From NCBI RefSeq assembly GCF_048593235.1, contig NC_133622.1, forward strand, positions 242,761,198 to 242,825,051: a stretch of DNA of 63,854 nt. Reading direction: 5' to 3'. Made by a program: the position numbers and the translations under genes. Shown one piece after another: positions 11,331 to 22,405 of the stretch. Positions within the stretch are counted from its first letter, which is position 1, and every line of letters begins with the position of its first letter. The stretch is from Sminthopsis crassicaudata. Lineage: Eukaryota. The notes under the pieces were generated by a model. That model saw only the letters and a program-made list of their open reading frames with translations. It had not been told where the DNA came from and ran no database searches.

Positions 11331-12519
11331 AAGAGGAGAATCAAGAGGATAAGGAATAGGATAATGAGGAGGAGAACAAGAAAGAGAAGGAAGAGGAGGA
11401 GTAAAGAAGCCTCAACCCTCAAGAAGCTTCTAAAGAGAAAGACAATAAACATATAAGTAGCAAGAAGATAGATAATACACACAGATATGTATATAGATGA
11501 TCATATAAATATATAGCATATGCATATTTATATGTGTGTACACATGCATGCACATAAATGTATGGAATAGATATGTCATCTGAGTTCTTCCCTCTATCTT
11601 CTTGATGAATTTCTCTTTTAATGTCTATCACAAAACCTAGTTTTCACATGGATTTCCCCTTACCCCTCTGGGTTGTAAACCCATTCATACAACATTAATG
11701 TTTTATATTGTAATATGTAACTGTTCTGTTTATCTTCTTTTATACATATATGTTAGGGCAGCTAGGTAGAGCAGTGGGTAGAGTGCCATGCTGGCAAATC
11801 AGGACTCACCTAATCACAATTAAAAGATATATTAATTTATATAGTTCAAGGTAGATGATGAAGAGCAATCATGAGTTAAGCCAAAAAAATCATTTTATTT
11901 GCTATCTATCTCAAAATGCAGTATTACCAGTTATAGAAAGTAGTGAATGTTCTCAAATCCTAAAGGAAAATCTTGTTTATAAAAACTTGGAAAATCCTCT
12001 TTTAAAGTTCCTGAGGAGTTAGAGGAAAGAAAATAGATGGGAGTGATAAGATGTCACAAATTGGGCATAAAACAAGTAACTAAATTACTGATAACAATTT
12101 TGACTTTTTATAATTAAAATTAGTTCCTAGTTTATCTGTTTTTCTTGTCTGTCTAAAGTAGTATATTCATTTGAAGATCTGAGCTGCACACATTTTATTA
12201 GGCATCTTCTCAGGCCAACTCCTTGTTGAAGCTGCTAAGGAAACTGAGAGTGAAATGTGTAAAGTCTGAGATTTCTCACCTTACGATAAATGATTTCTGT
12301 TTATGATAAAGAAATAATAAATGTTCCTTAAAGCTCTATATATTATTCATGATCTCTTAGCTAGGCAAAAAAATCCTTATTCTACTCTCTCCATAGTCTG
12401 AATTCCCAAGACCAAACAAGAGTAAGGAAAAATTGAGATTCTTACAGCAAACATCTCACCTTGATTCACTTTCAGCCAGATCTGGTGTAGAACTTTAAAG
12501 TCCAACATAAATGTTATTT

Positions 12520-12725
12520 ATTATTTTTATTATTATTATTGCATAGCTTCTTTTGGGAAATATAAGAATGATAAAAATGCACCAAAGAGATTATATGTCT
12601 TTTTTTGTCTATATAAAAATTATTTTTATTATTGTTGCATAGCTTCTTTGGGGAAATATAAGAATGATAAAAATGCACCAAAGAGATTATATAAGTTTTT
12701 TTTTTTTTTTTGTCTATGTAAAAAA
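12520..12725. repeat. Two-copy tandem duplication, period about 96 bp
   Basis: gcatagcttctt..gggaaatataagaatgataaaaatgcaccaaagagattatat starts at both 12541 and 12637. Confidence 0.9.
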
Positions 12726-13664
12726 CCTTTCCACAATATCTTAGTCTGTGTTCAAATATTACCAAATACAATTACCTCCGAAACTCTCATTTGAAAGGCA
12801 GGGAATCTGAGAACCAGAGAGTTCCTCTCTCATCTTCAACTTCCCCAAGGTCACATACTTGGATTAGAACTTGAGTATGAATGTAGGGTCTTTGATTCTA
12901 AAATATGAAGTCCCTTCATGGTATGACTGTGGCTGCTGGTGAGGCATTGTGTGTGCATTTTCAGATATAGGTTAAATGGAGACATCTGCACTCACTGTAT
13001 CTCTTCATAATAGCAGGATAGAAAAATGGTACCAGAAAACATGAAAAAAAAAATCTATGAGAAGCTACAGGATCATCAGTCATGGCCAGACAAGGCTATA
13101 ATGCAGAATGTTCTCTCCATTTTTTGAGTTCCTTATTGAAGGTCTTCAAGAACAAATAATGATCATTTTTCAATTATATTATAGTGGGACTTAGATCTTG
13201 GTAAAATATCACCATGAAGGCCCTTTTAAATCCTACTATTCTTTGATTGTACTACGAATGAAAGAAACAAATCCATGTGTGAATGAATGAATGTGGTAGT
13301 GAATTAATTCAGTCCAATGCCTTAAAATAATTATAGCTTTCTTTTCACAGTTAATATTTTATTTGGTTTCAAATCTGTTTAAGAGCCTAATGTCAGTGCC
13401 CAACTTAAATGACTACATGAAAATACAGAAGAAATCAGCTGCCAAAATAATGGCTTCCTAATGAAATATGTCTTCATTGAAATGCATAAAGTAAAGAAGA
13501 AAGTTGCATAGCTCTTACCCATTCCTGAAATTGCACATGGTAAGGGGTGGGTGACATCTGATTGATAGTACTTCCATTTCTTTTTGAAGAATTAAACATT
13601 TTTGCCTCTTTTTTTCTGTTTGGCCAATTATGTTTTTTGAGTGGCCCAAAAATTCATTGAAGAA

Positions 13665-13873
13665 AAAACTCCTTAAAAAGCAGAATTGGCCAAATGAAAA
13701 AGAAGTACAAAATTTCAGTGAAGAAAATAAATCCTAAAAAAATATTAATAGAGCAAATGGAAGCTAAATGACTCTACAAGATAGCAAAAAAATAAAAAAA
13801 TAAAAAAACTAGAAAAATAGAAGACAAAATGAAATATCTCATTGAAAAAACTGATCTGGAAAATAGAATCAGG
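13665..13873 (+). mobile_element. L1 ORF1 fragment
   Basis: aagaaaaaactccttaaaaagcagaattggccaaatg...ctgatctggaaaatagaatcagg is ORF1-like. Paralogue at about 57915-58130. Confidence 0.65.
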
Positions 13874-15748
13874 TACTTCATTCAATCTTACAGGCAACAA
13901 TTTCCCTAAAAAGTTGCTATTTATAGAATTGCATATATATGAATTGTTTCATAGTTAGTAGATCTACAGCTCTTTAAGTTTTACAAAGAGCTTTTCAACA
14001 TATTATGTCATATTGATCTACACAATGACCTGAGAAATAGGTGTTTTTATCTTTATTTTGCCAAAATGAACCTGAGACAGAGAAAAGTTAAATGAATTAT
14101 TCATAGTCATATAACTGCTAAGTGACTAGGATCTTATTTAAACTCAGTTCTTTTTGACTCTTGGTCCCATTCATTTGTCCATTGGGCACCTTAGTTGTGG
14201 GGTCTCAAATCTTAGGCTTTATGATTACAGATACAACTTTAATATATTTTAGTAGCTTTGAGAAGTCAACAATAGCTTATTAATCAAATCCTATATGTCA
14301 GTTACTCTATTAAGTGTAGTAAATAAAAAGAAAGGGACAAGATAATCCTTGCCCTTAAGGAGCTCACAGTCTTATCAAGAAGACTTTATGCATGCAAACA
14401 ATATGTGGGATTAATTGAAGATAATTAATGCAAGGAAGGCACTAGATTTGAAAGAAACTAGAAAAGCCTTTTAGTAGAAGTTGAAACTTTAATTGGGATT
14501 AAATCCCCTTCCTCAGAAGGGGGTGAAGCAGAAAAGTATGTAGTTTATAAACACGAATCATATATGGAATAGCTTATTTATTCCCGGATAGAAAATGGGA
14601 TACCAAATTAAAAAAAAAAAAAAATCACGAAAGTATTATAACAGAATTCTGATACTTATCACTGCTACTACAGATGGTAGGAAGCTAATATTCAACCCTC
14701 TTTGTAAAGTTACGGTCCTAATTAGTCAATTTATAATCTTCCTCTTCCAATCAGAGTTCAAATACTAATGAGGATTTTCTTTCCAGTGGCCTTACTTCTT
14801 TCTAAAGTGGATGCTTTACTTAATGCTAAATCTTAATACAAATAATGTTTTTTCATTCATATTATCTTCATTAACCTTTCACACTCTCAACATTACTAAT
14901 ATTAATCGTTAATAATATTAATAACTGATGACAGTTATTATACTATTCTACTCCCAAAGCTATCGTTGAAGTCATTATACTTACTGATGTCTTTTAATAG
15001 CTCCAGTAGCTTGTAGAAATTATTAATCTCCTACTGCTTTTCAATCATAGTACTAAGTGTTTTTAATACAAAGAATGGTACAAGATAGTACTTGTCCTCA
15101 AGAAACTCACAGTCTTATCAGGAAGACTTCATACAAATAAACAATATGTAGGATAAATTGAAGATATGTAATGGAAGAATTTAGGGAACCTTAAAAGGCT
15201 TCCATTAGAAAGTAAGATTTTAATTGGAATTTAAGAAAGACCAGAGCAGTCACCAGGAAAAAAGTAAGAAAGGAGAATATTTCAGACATCAGGAACGGCA
15301 GATTAAGATGCTTCTTATTATATCTCACAGACATTTCTGGAACTTCCAATATTCTTTAGGTCAATGTTAAAGGAAAATAAAAACAAATAAAGGAGGCAAA
15401 AACAACCATTGATCTTAATAAAGGTTAGTCTATGTACCCCAAGTTTACATAGGAATTGGTTGGCCCCTTGTATGGGATAGGTTATGTCGGACATGATGAT
15501 GTGGCTAACTGGCTTTCTGCTAAGCAGGTAGAGACTGGTCTATCCATGCTTAAAGACAGTGGAGTGATGGAAAAACATGTAATCACAATTCCATTCCAGA
15601 GAAAACAAAAAGAATCAAAGAAAGACACATTCAAGATTTCTGTTAAGTAGAAACTATTTATTTAAGTATGAAGTATTGCAGGGAACTATGGCATCAAATG
15701 TATGCATGACCTCATAGAAAATTTTAAAAAGAAAGAATATTTTCCTCT

Positions 15749-16696
15749 TCAGGAAGTTGTCATCTTGAACAATTTCTTCAGAGCTTCTTTTACATCTTTG
15801 TTCCTTAGACTGTAGATCATGGGGTTCAGCATGGGAAAAACCACAGTATAAAATAAAGAGACAATTTTATCCTGCTCTAAGGAGTAGCTAGAACTAGGAC
15901 GATAATAAATGTATAGAATGGAGCCATAGTACAAAGTGACAGAGATCAAATGAGAGGAGCAAGTGGAGAAGGCTTTGAGTTGTCCCTGTGTGGAGCGAAT
16001 CCTTAAGATGGCAACAATGATGAAGAGGTAGGAGGTCAGAATGAAAACAATGGGTGTAAGGACATTGGAAGCCAAAAGGAAATAGAGCACAATATGGTAA
16101 CTGGCCTTTACATCACATGCCAATTTTACAAGGGGTGGTAGGTCACAGAAGAAGTCATCAATGACATTATCCCCACAGAAAGTCAGGGTGAATGTTTCAC
16201 TTGTAATGATAGTGGAGTTGACAAAGCCTCCAAGATATGAAACTGTTACAAGGCCCACACATAACCTTGAAGACATGGCTTGAGCATAAAGCAAAGGGTT
16301 AGATATGGCCATGTAACGGTCATACGCCATTGCAGTCAATAGGAAACATTCACTATATCCTAACCCAGCTGAAAAGAAAAATTGAGCCAAGCAACCAGCA
16401 AAGGAGATGCTCTTGTCACTAGAGACACATGTCACTATGTTGTTAGGAGTATAAACCGAAGAATACCAGAGATCCAGAAAAGATAAATTCCCAATGAAGA
16501 AATACATGGGAGTGTGTAGCCGGGAGTCGGTACAGATTAATATTATCAGAGCAATATTCCCCACCACGGTCACAGAGTATACCATGAGGAAAAGGACAAA
16601 AAGCACCAGCTGCATCACAGGATCCTGGGTGAAACCAACTAGGATGAATTCAGTTACGGTGTGATTACCTTTCTCCATAGTTTCAGAGGGTCTCAT
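15749..16696 (-). CDS. OR9G1-like: Olfactory receptor, OR9G1-like (G2), intact, 315 aa (309 aa from the second Met at 16678)
   Basis: Complete 7TM ORF with MAYDRY, KAFSTC and [13 protein letters not shown]. Predicted splice acceptor ttttaccaag| at 16745. Confidence 0.95.
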   Translation of the reverse strand: MRPSETMEKGNHTVTEFILVGFTQDPVMQLVLFVLFLMVYSVTVVGNIALIILICTDSRLHTPMYFFIGNLSFLDLWYSSVYTPNNIVTCVSSDKSISFAGCLAQFFFSAGLGYSECFLLTAMAYDRYMAISNPLLYAQAMSSRLCVGLVTVSYLGGFVNSTIITSETFTLTFCGDNVIDDFFCDLPPLVKLACDVKASYHIVLYFLLASNVLTPIVFILTSYLFIIVAILRIRSTQGQLKAFSTCSSHLISVTLYYGSILYIYYRPSSSYSLEQDKIVSLFYTVVFPMLNPMIYSLRNKDVKEALKKLFKMTTS

Positions 16697-17647
16697 TTAC
16701 ATTTCATTGAAGAGTGCATATTTCAGAAGTACAGTGATTCACACCTTGGTAAAACTATTGAGAAAATAGAACTGATCACCAGATAAACCAGAATAGTATA
16801 AAAAATGAAGAATCTGTAATTCTATACCCCAATTACATATTTTTTCATTCATTCATTTAACCAGAATTTATTAAATGTATTAATCTATGTTCCACAGATG
16901 TAGGCTATATTAAGCTTTGTGTATATAGAAACAAAATCAAAATTGTATCTGAATTCAAGGTTTTATTTTACTGTTTCCCTATTCTTTAAATAGTTATCAT
17001 GCATTAAGTAAAACCTCATTTCTATTAGAAATTCAATACTTGCATTCATTTAATAAATCATCGACACTTATTTGTTATCTGATAGTGTGATAAAACAATT
17101 TGTTAGGCTTTTGGAGATACAAAGATACAAAAATTATTTCCTTTTTTCACATAAGAAATACTTATATAAATGCCTAAACATATGTAGATACACACATAGA
17201 TATGTGTGTATGTGAATGAAAGGGTTATACCTGTGCTATAGGAATATAAAAGAAAAAAAGATATTAGGGGTAGAGAGAAATTTAGAGGCTTCTGCAATAT
17301 TCAAAATGAGAAGGAATAAAGCCCTGAATGTGAACTAAATGATAGGAATGAAGGGGCAGACTTGGAAAAAGCTGTAAATATTGAATGGGAAAATCTTGAT
17401 ACATGATTGGATTTATAGGATGAGAGAAAGAGAAGTGTCAAAAATCAGATCATGCTTAAAAATCTTGATATCCAACAGAATGAGGTTACCAGCCAAAGAA
17501 ATTTGAGAATCCACTGCAAAGTCCTGGTGCTCTAGAGCTTCTACGTTCTGTCACTCATTTACTTTTTCAGTCTTAGCTGTTATTATTTCCCTGTATGATC
17601 TCTGAGTCCAACTGGACATGACCTAGTTCTGTTAACTAAACACTCTC

Positions 17648-17817
17648 GGGGCAGCTAGGTGGCACAGTGGATAGAGAACCATCCCTGAATTCAGGAGGAC
17701 CCGAGTTCAAATCTGGTCTCAAACACTTAACACTTCCTAGCTGTGTGACCCTGGGCAAGTCACTTAACCCCAGCCTCAAAAAACAAAACAAAACAAAAAA
17801 AAAAAAACAAAAAAAAA
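17648..17817 (+). mobile_element. Young WSINE1-like CORE-SINE with A-rich tail and 14-bp TSD
   Basis: ggggcagctaggtggcacagtggataga...ggacccgagttcaaatc...gtcacttaaccccagcctc plus tail. TSD AACTAAACACTCTC at 17634-17647 and 17818-17831, preceded by TT (L1 endonuclease-type site). Confidence 0.9.
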
Positions 17818-19572
17818 AACTAAACACTCTCTAGTCCTACCCTCTCTGTACTCCTATTGTTCTTTATATCTAGAATTTGCTCTTTCTTAAACTTCTGTTG
17901 AATTCCTGCGCCTCCCTCAATGCCCAACTTAAATTCTACCTCTTTCATGAAGCTTTCTCTGATATCCCTACTTGATAAAAAGCTTCTTCTTCCAACCTCA
18001 ATCAACCCCTTATTCAATAAGCTGAGTAAAAGTCTCCCCCAGAAAGTAAATATGCATATTATGTTTATCACTGTGTTATACCCTTGTTAATTGACTTCAG
18101 GCCTCTTGGGCACAGATCATTTTCTCAGTCACTAGGACAGTATCTTCTAGTAGGGTCATCTATTATTATTGCTGTTCTTGTTTTTGTTATTATTATTATC
18201 AATGTTTGCTCTATTATATTTGAGGAGTACTAAATAAAGTTGATCCAATGGAGTTTAAAGAGGTAGTATGAAATAATGGAGAGATGGCTGACCGGTGACT
18301 TAGGTAGATATGAATTCAAGAGCTGTATGTGATATATACTAGCTCTATGAGCAGAGATAAGGCATTTGAATTCTCTGTGATTAAGATAAACCTTCATGAT
18401 AATAAGTTAGAAGAGAACTTCCAGTCTGCATCTGGAGGAGAAATGTCTATGGTATCTGATAAAGTCAAGACCTTCCCTTCCCCTATATCATGAACAGATT
18501 TAATGCAGTGAAGGAATATTTTACAATTCCTTACTGAGCCAGAAAGATAAGTTTTAAATATCATATATCTCTTTCCCTCCCCATCTATACATTGTGATGT
18601 CAATTCTATTGGGCATAGTTCTCAAAATTATAGAGAAAATCTAACTCTGTACTACTTTGTTGTACTGGAGAACTTCCCACCAGTCTGTAGAATCAGAAGG
18701 AATGGGAAAGCAGGAAATAATAAAAACATTTGCTTCTCCATTTGGGAATAGAGAATCCAAGTAATTCAATAATAACAATTCTGGCTTTTAAATCCTTTAT
18801 TTTTGCTCTTTATCCTTAATTATTTCCTGGATTCACTTGATGAGGGGAACTGTACACACTGTGTTATGTATGAAGGGAATATGGGTGACTCAAGGGAAGC
18901 ACATAGCTCATATCATCCTCATAGAGACCCCCATAATTTTGGAAACAAAATAAGCTCAAAGCTCTACTAATGAAAAACTTTGTCTCACATACTTTAAAAT
19001 TTTGCGTTTGTCTTCTCTAAGTCTAGAATTTCCTACTTCATTCTTGCCTGTTGAATTCTTACCCCTCTTTCAAAATTCAACTTAAATGCTACCTCTTTCA
19101 TGAGAGGCTTCTGTTATTCTCCTAGTTGGTAAAAAGAGCCTAAACTCCAGTTCTTGGAACAAATAATCCATCTCAATCCTGGACAGAAGAGGTAGTCTGG
19201 CCTGGGAAAAAAGAGCAAGAAAGGGACACCAGGAAAGCTAAATTACAAACCTGGCTCCGCCACTAAATTGCTTAATGATTTTGGAAGAATAATTTTATCT
19301 CTATGGATATCGATTTCCATAATAAAGTGGATTCAACAGTCAGGTAAATATCTTTGCCTCTGGCATTCTTTATCTGTGTTCTAATTTCCCTTATAGTTCC
19401 AACATTCTCGATTTTAAAAAATCTATTAGCCCTAATCTTTGTATTTCAAGTACAATTTTTCTCAAACATTTTATATTCTAAGATTCAAGGATCTAAACCC
19501 CATATAAGCATTAACATTCTTTGTGCTCAGATTCATTCCATGTCAAGATTCTATAACAGAGATAATTAAACT

Positions 19573-19745
19573 GGGATCAAGGTACTTCTTTGGGATAATA
19601 TTTGAACAATGATTTTTCAAAATAATTAAATGCCTATGTAATTTTTGCACTGTAATTTGTAAAGTTAAAAAACACTCTAAGAAAAAGTTCACAGACTTTA
19701 CTAGACTTCCAAAGGATCCAAAAACAAAAACATTTTAAGATCTAG
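19573..19745. mobile_element. Degenerate DNA transposon relic (hAT/MITE-like)
   Basis: Similar to 1-200 (aacactctaagaaaaagttcacagactttactagacttccaaaggatcc). Confidence 0.4.
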
Positions 19746-20598
19746 AATTTTTTTTTTCTTTTATAACCCTGAGGTTTGAAACTTGGAAAGCACTTAAAAG
19801 TTGGCTATTATATGATGTCTCTTGCAATGTTAACAGTTTAAATACATTTTTTAAAAAACTCCATTATTTCACTTGGTAATAAAATACAATTCAGACCTCA
19901 GGGTCTGTGAAGGTCTATTGGAAAGATTAACTTTGTTATAAATTCCAAAAGATACAGAGAAAAGTTTTTTTTTCTTTTTTCTCTCTTTTCCATAGTTAGC
20001 TGTTATTTCTCAATATTATTACTATGCTTTAGCAGTTATTTATTCTTGCTATCAGTTGTAGTCCCCTTCTAATTGTCTCTAATTGGCCTGGGTTTTAAGT
20101 AACTAGATAACCAAAATATGTACAATGTATACAGACATACACAATACATATATAATGGGAGCTTTGAGCTGGAGATATTAGGATATAGGTTTTAAGAGAG
20201 ATCATATTTCCTAGAATATTTTACATTCTTTTGATTTCATGATTAGGTTTGAGAGAGCTATGGGATTAAAAAATCGGACCCTTGGAAATGTATCCTAGCA
20301 TAAGCAATCTTTGCATTTGAATGAAGTCCCTTCTGATTCTCTGGAAAGCATCCTGGGTTTGGAGTCAGCAGACCCCAATTTAAGTCTCTTCTCTGTGATT
20401 TGCTAGCTGTGTGATTTGGAACAAGTTACTTATCTTTGTGAGCTTTAGGATCTCTATCTGTAAAATTATAGAGACAATGACTTCTAAATTCTTTTAACTT
20501 GAATCTGTGATACTCCTGCCTTTAATTCCTTAACTTTAAAACAATTATTTTAGTGGTAGAAAATCAAGTATTGCAGTAAGTTGGTGCATGTCACATTT

Positions 20599-20876
20599 AG
20601 GCTCAGAGAAATTTTTCTTTGCTCCTGTTGTTGCTAGTGATCTATTTCTTTTATCTGTCTCAGGACCAGAGAATTCCACAAAATCTTGTAATTCCAAAAA
20701 TAAAAGAGAAGAAAAAGAGGAACCAAGGAAGGAAGGGAGGCTCAGAGAAATTTTTCTTTGCTCCTCTTATTGCTAGTGATCTATTTCTTTTATCTGTCTC
20801 AGGACCAGAGAATTCCACAAAATCTTGTAACTCCAAAAATAAAAGAGAAGAAAAAGAGGAACCAAGGAAAGAAGGG
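20599..20876. repeat. Tandem duplication, 2 x 139 bp
   Basis: Units start at 20599 and 20738 (aggctcagagaaatttttctttgctcct...). About 4 mismatches by eye, with AG microhomology at the junctions. Confidence 0.95.
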
Positions 20877-20926
20877 AGTAAAGAAAGCAACTGGATATTT
20901 CATCTAACAAGGCCTTTAACACTTAC

Positions 20927-21125
20927 TGTAAGAAAGGAAAATGTTTGCTGCTCCAGGAATAATGAGATATGCAACTTACCAATATCTACAGCATCACTGT
21001 TATCACAAAGCAATCCCAGTTTAAAAACATTACAGCCTTTTAAAAATTTTGTTCTGGTTTCCTCAGGGAATCAGACTCAAGTCAAGTTTTCTGTCCCAAG
21101 GGTCTTTCTCTCATTAATTGTAGAG
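20927..21125 (-). promoter_or_regulatory. Predicted promoter and non-coding first exon of G2
   Basis: Donor CA|GTAAGT at 20926. tgctgctccaggaat at 20946 matches tgctgctcctggaat in the G1/G3 modules. AGGGAATCA at 21065, EBF-like TCCCAAGGG near 21094, homeodomain cattaattg near 21112. Confidence 0.5.
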
Positions 21126-22189
21126 GAAAACATGGGTAGCATCATGGTCTCCAAATATAATCTCACCATGATTTTCCCTTATCTTATTGAAGTCTGGAGA
21201 ATTCAGAATAAAATCAGTCAATCCCTTCAGTTCCAAGTCCAATGAATTTTGCAGCTCTGAATCCCAGTAGTATTGACAGATTCTTGATCTGGTTTAAGAT
21301 GCTATCATCATGACTTTCACCCTCAAAATTACTTCTAGAAGTAACAATGGAGAATGATTTTTCCAGGAGGAAACAAATATGGAAATATTTTATCACAGTT
21401 GAGATTCACTTGGCCTATCTCATATACATTAAATGCCAACCGATGCATAAATCAAGTCATTCTAATGATAACTTCTATTTCTATAAAGCTGGGGAAAAGT
21501 GTATGTTACCTTGGAAAGAGGACTGGGGTCACAAAATTTGTGTTTGAAACTTGGCTCATTTTTTATTTGTGTGACTCCTGTGACAGTAATTCAAACTCTC
21601 AACCTCAGTTTCTTCACTTGTAAAGTGACAAAGTCAGACTTGGTAAACATAAGTACCTTCCAATTCTTCATCTACTTTTTCAATATATTTTGAATACAAT
21701 AAGGATATATTGTTTTAGAAACACAGTGCAAGGCATAGGGATAAAAAAATAAAAACAAATCAAGTTTTATTTTTAAAAAAACCTATCTTCTAAGAGAATG
21801 TTACATGTAAATGAAAAGCAAATTCACTGTGATGACAAATTAATATAAAATAATTTAATAGTTTTAAGAGGGAAGGAAAACCAACCTTTAGAAATGTGTT
21901 AGAAAAGACCTCATGTAGGAGGTAACATCTGAGCTACACTTTTTAAGAAAGCTAAGTGTTCTTTGAGATAAAGATGAGGACCAGCAAGAGGCAGAGAGAT
22001 GAAATGCTAAACATATGTGTGAGGAACATTTTCTCACATCCATTTTCTGAGAAATGCATGGCAGATATTACTAGACAGATTTACAGAGAAGGCAACTGAA
22101 GAGCTGAAATATTGCTGATCCCACACATCACCCTTGATTGATTTAAATCTCATTAAAAATTTTCCAATATAAAGCTTTTGAAGGACTTA

Positions 22190-22405
22190 CTTTTCTCTTC
22201 TCTTCTCTTTCTTTTTTCTTTGTACTTTTCTTGACTCCTCTCCCTTTTTTCTTCTCTTCCCTCTATCCCTCTCTTTCCCTGCCTTCTTTCCCTTCCTTTT
22301 TTTCTTGCTTCCTTCATTTCTTCTTTCCTTGCTCCTTCCTTTCTCGATTATTTTCTTCCTTCCTTCTTTTCTCTCTTCTTCCTTTCCTTTGTTTTTTCCT
22401 TTATG
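22190..22405. repeat. Polypyrimidine low-complexity tract
   Basis: Almost exclusively C/T. Confidence 0.85.

Noticed and set aside
12520-12725. Direct repeats that might suggest a CRISPR-like array (also 20599-20876)
   Set aside because: Only two long units with no unique spacers, in a mammalian context.
14890-14925. Quasi-palindromic AT stretch (taatattaatcgttaataatattaata)
   Set aside because: Expected by chance in very AT-rich sequence. No stable distinctive hairpin.
17648-17720. tRNA-like A/B boxes
   Set aside because: This is the head of a CORE-SINE, with no cloverleaf, and has a tail and TSD.
18520-18900. Alternative candidate G2 exon or promoter (CA|GTAAGG donor near 18533, EBF-like TCCCTTGAGT near 18890)
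   Set aside because: No paralogous support in the other duplicated units, unlike the 20927-21125 module. Too weak to call.
20619-21245. 208-aa ORF, the longest non-OR ORF
   Set aside because: It has a TTG start, is lengthened by the 139-bp duplication, has no recognisable domain, and overlaps a predicted opposite-strand promoter.
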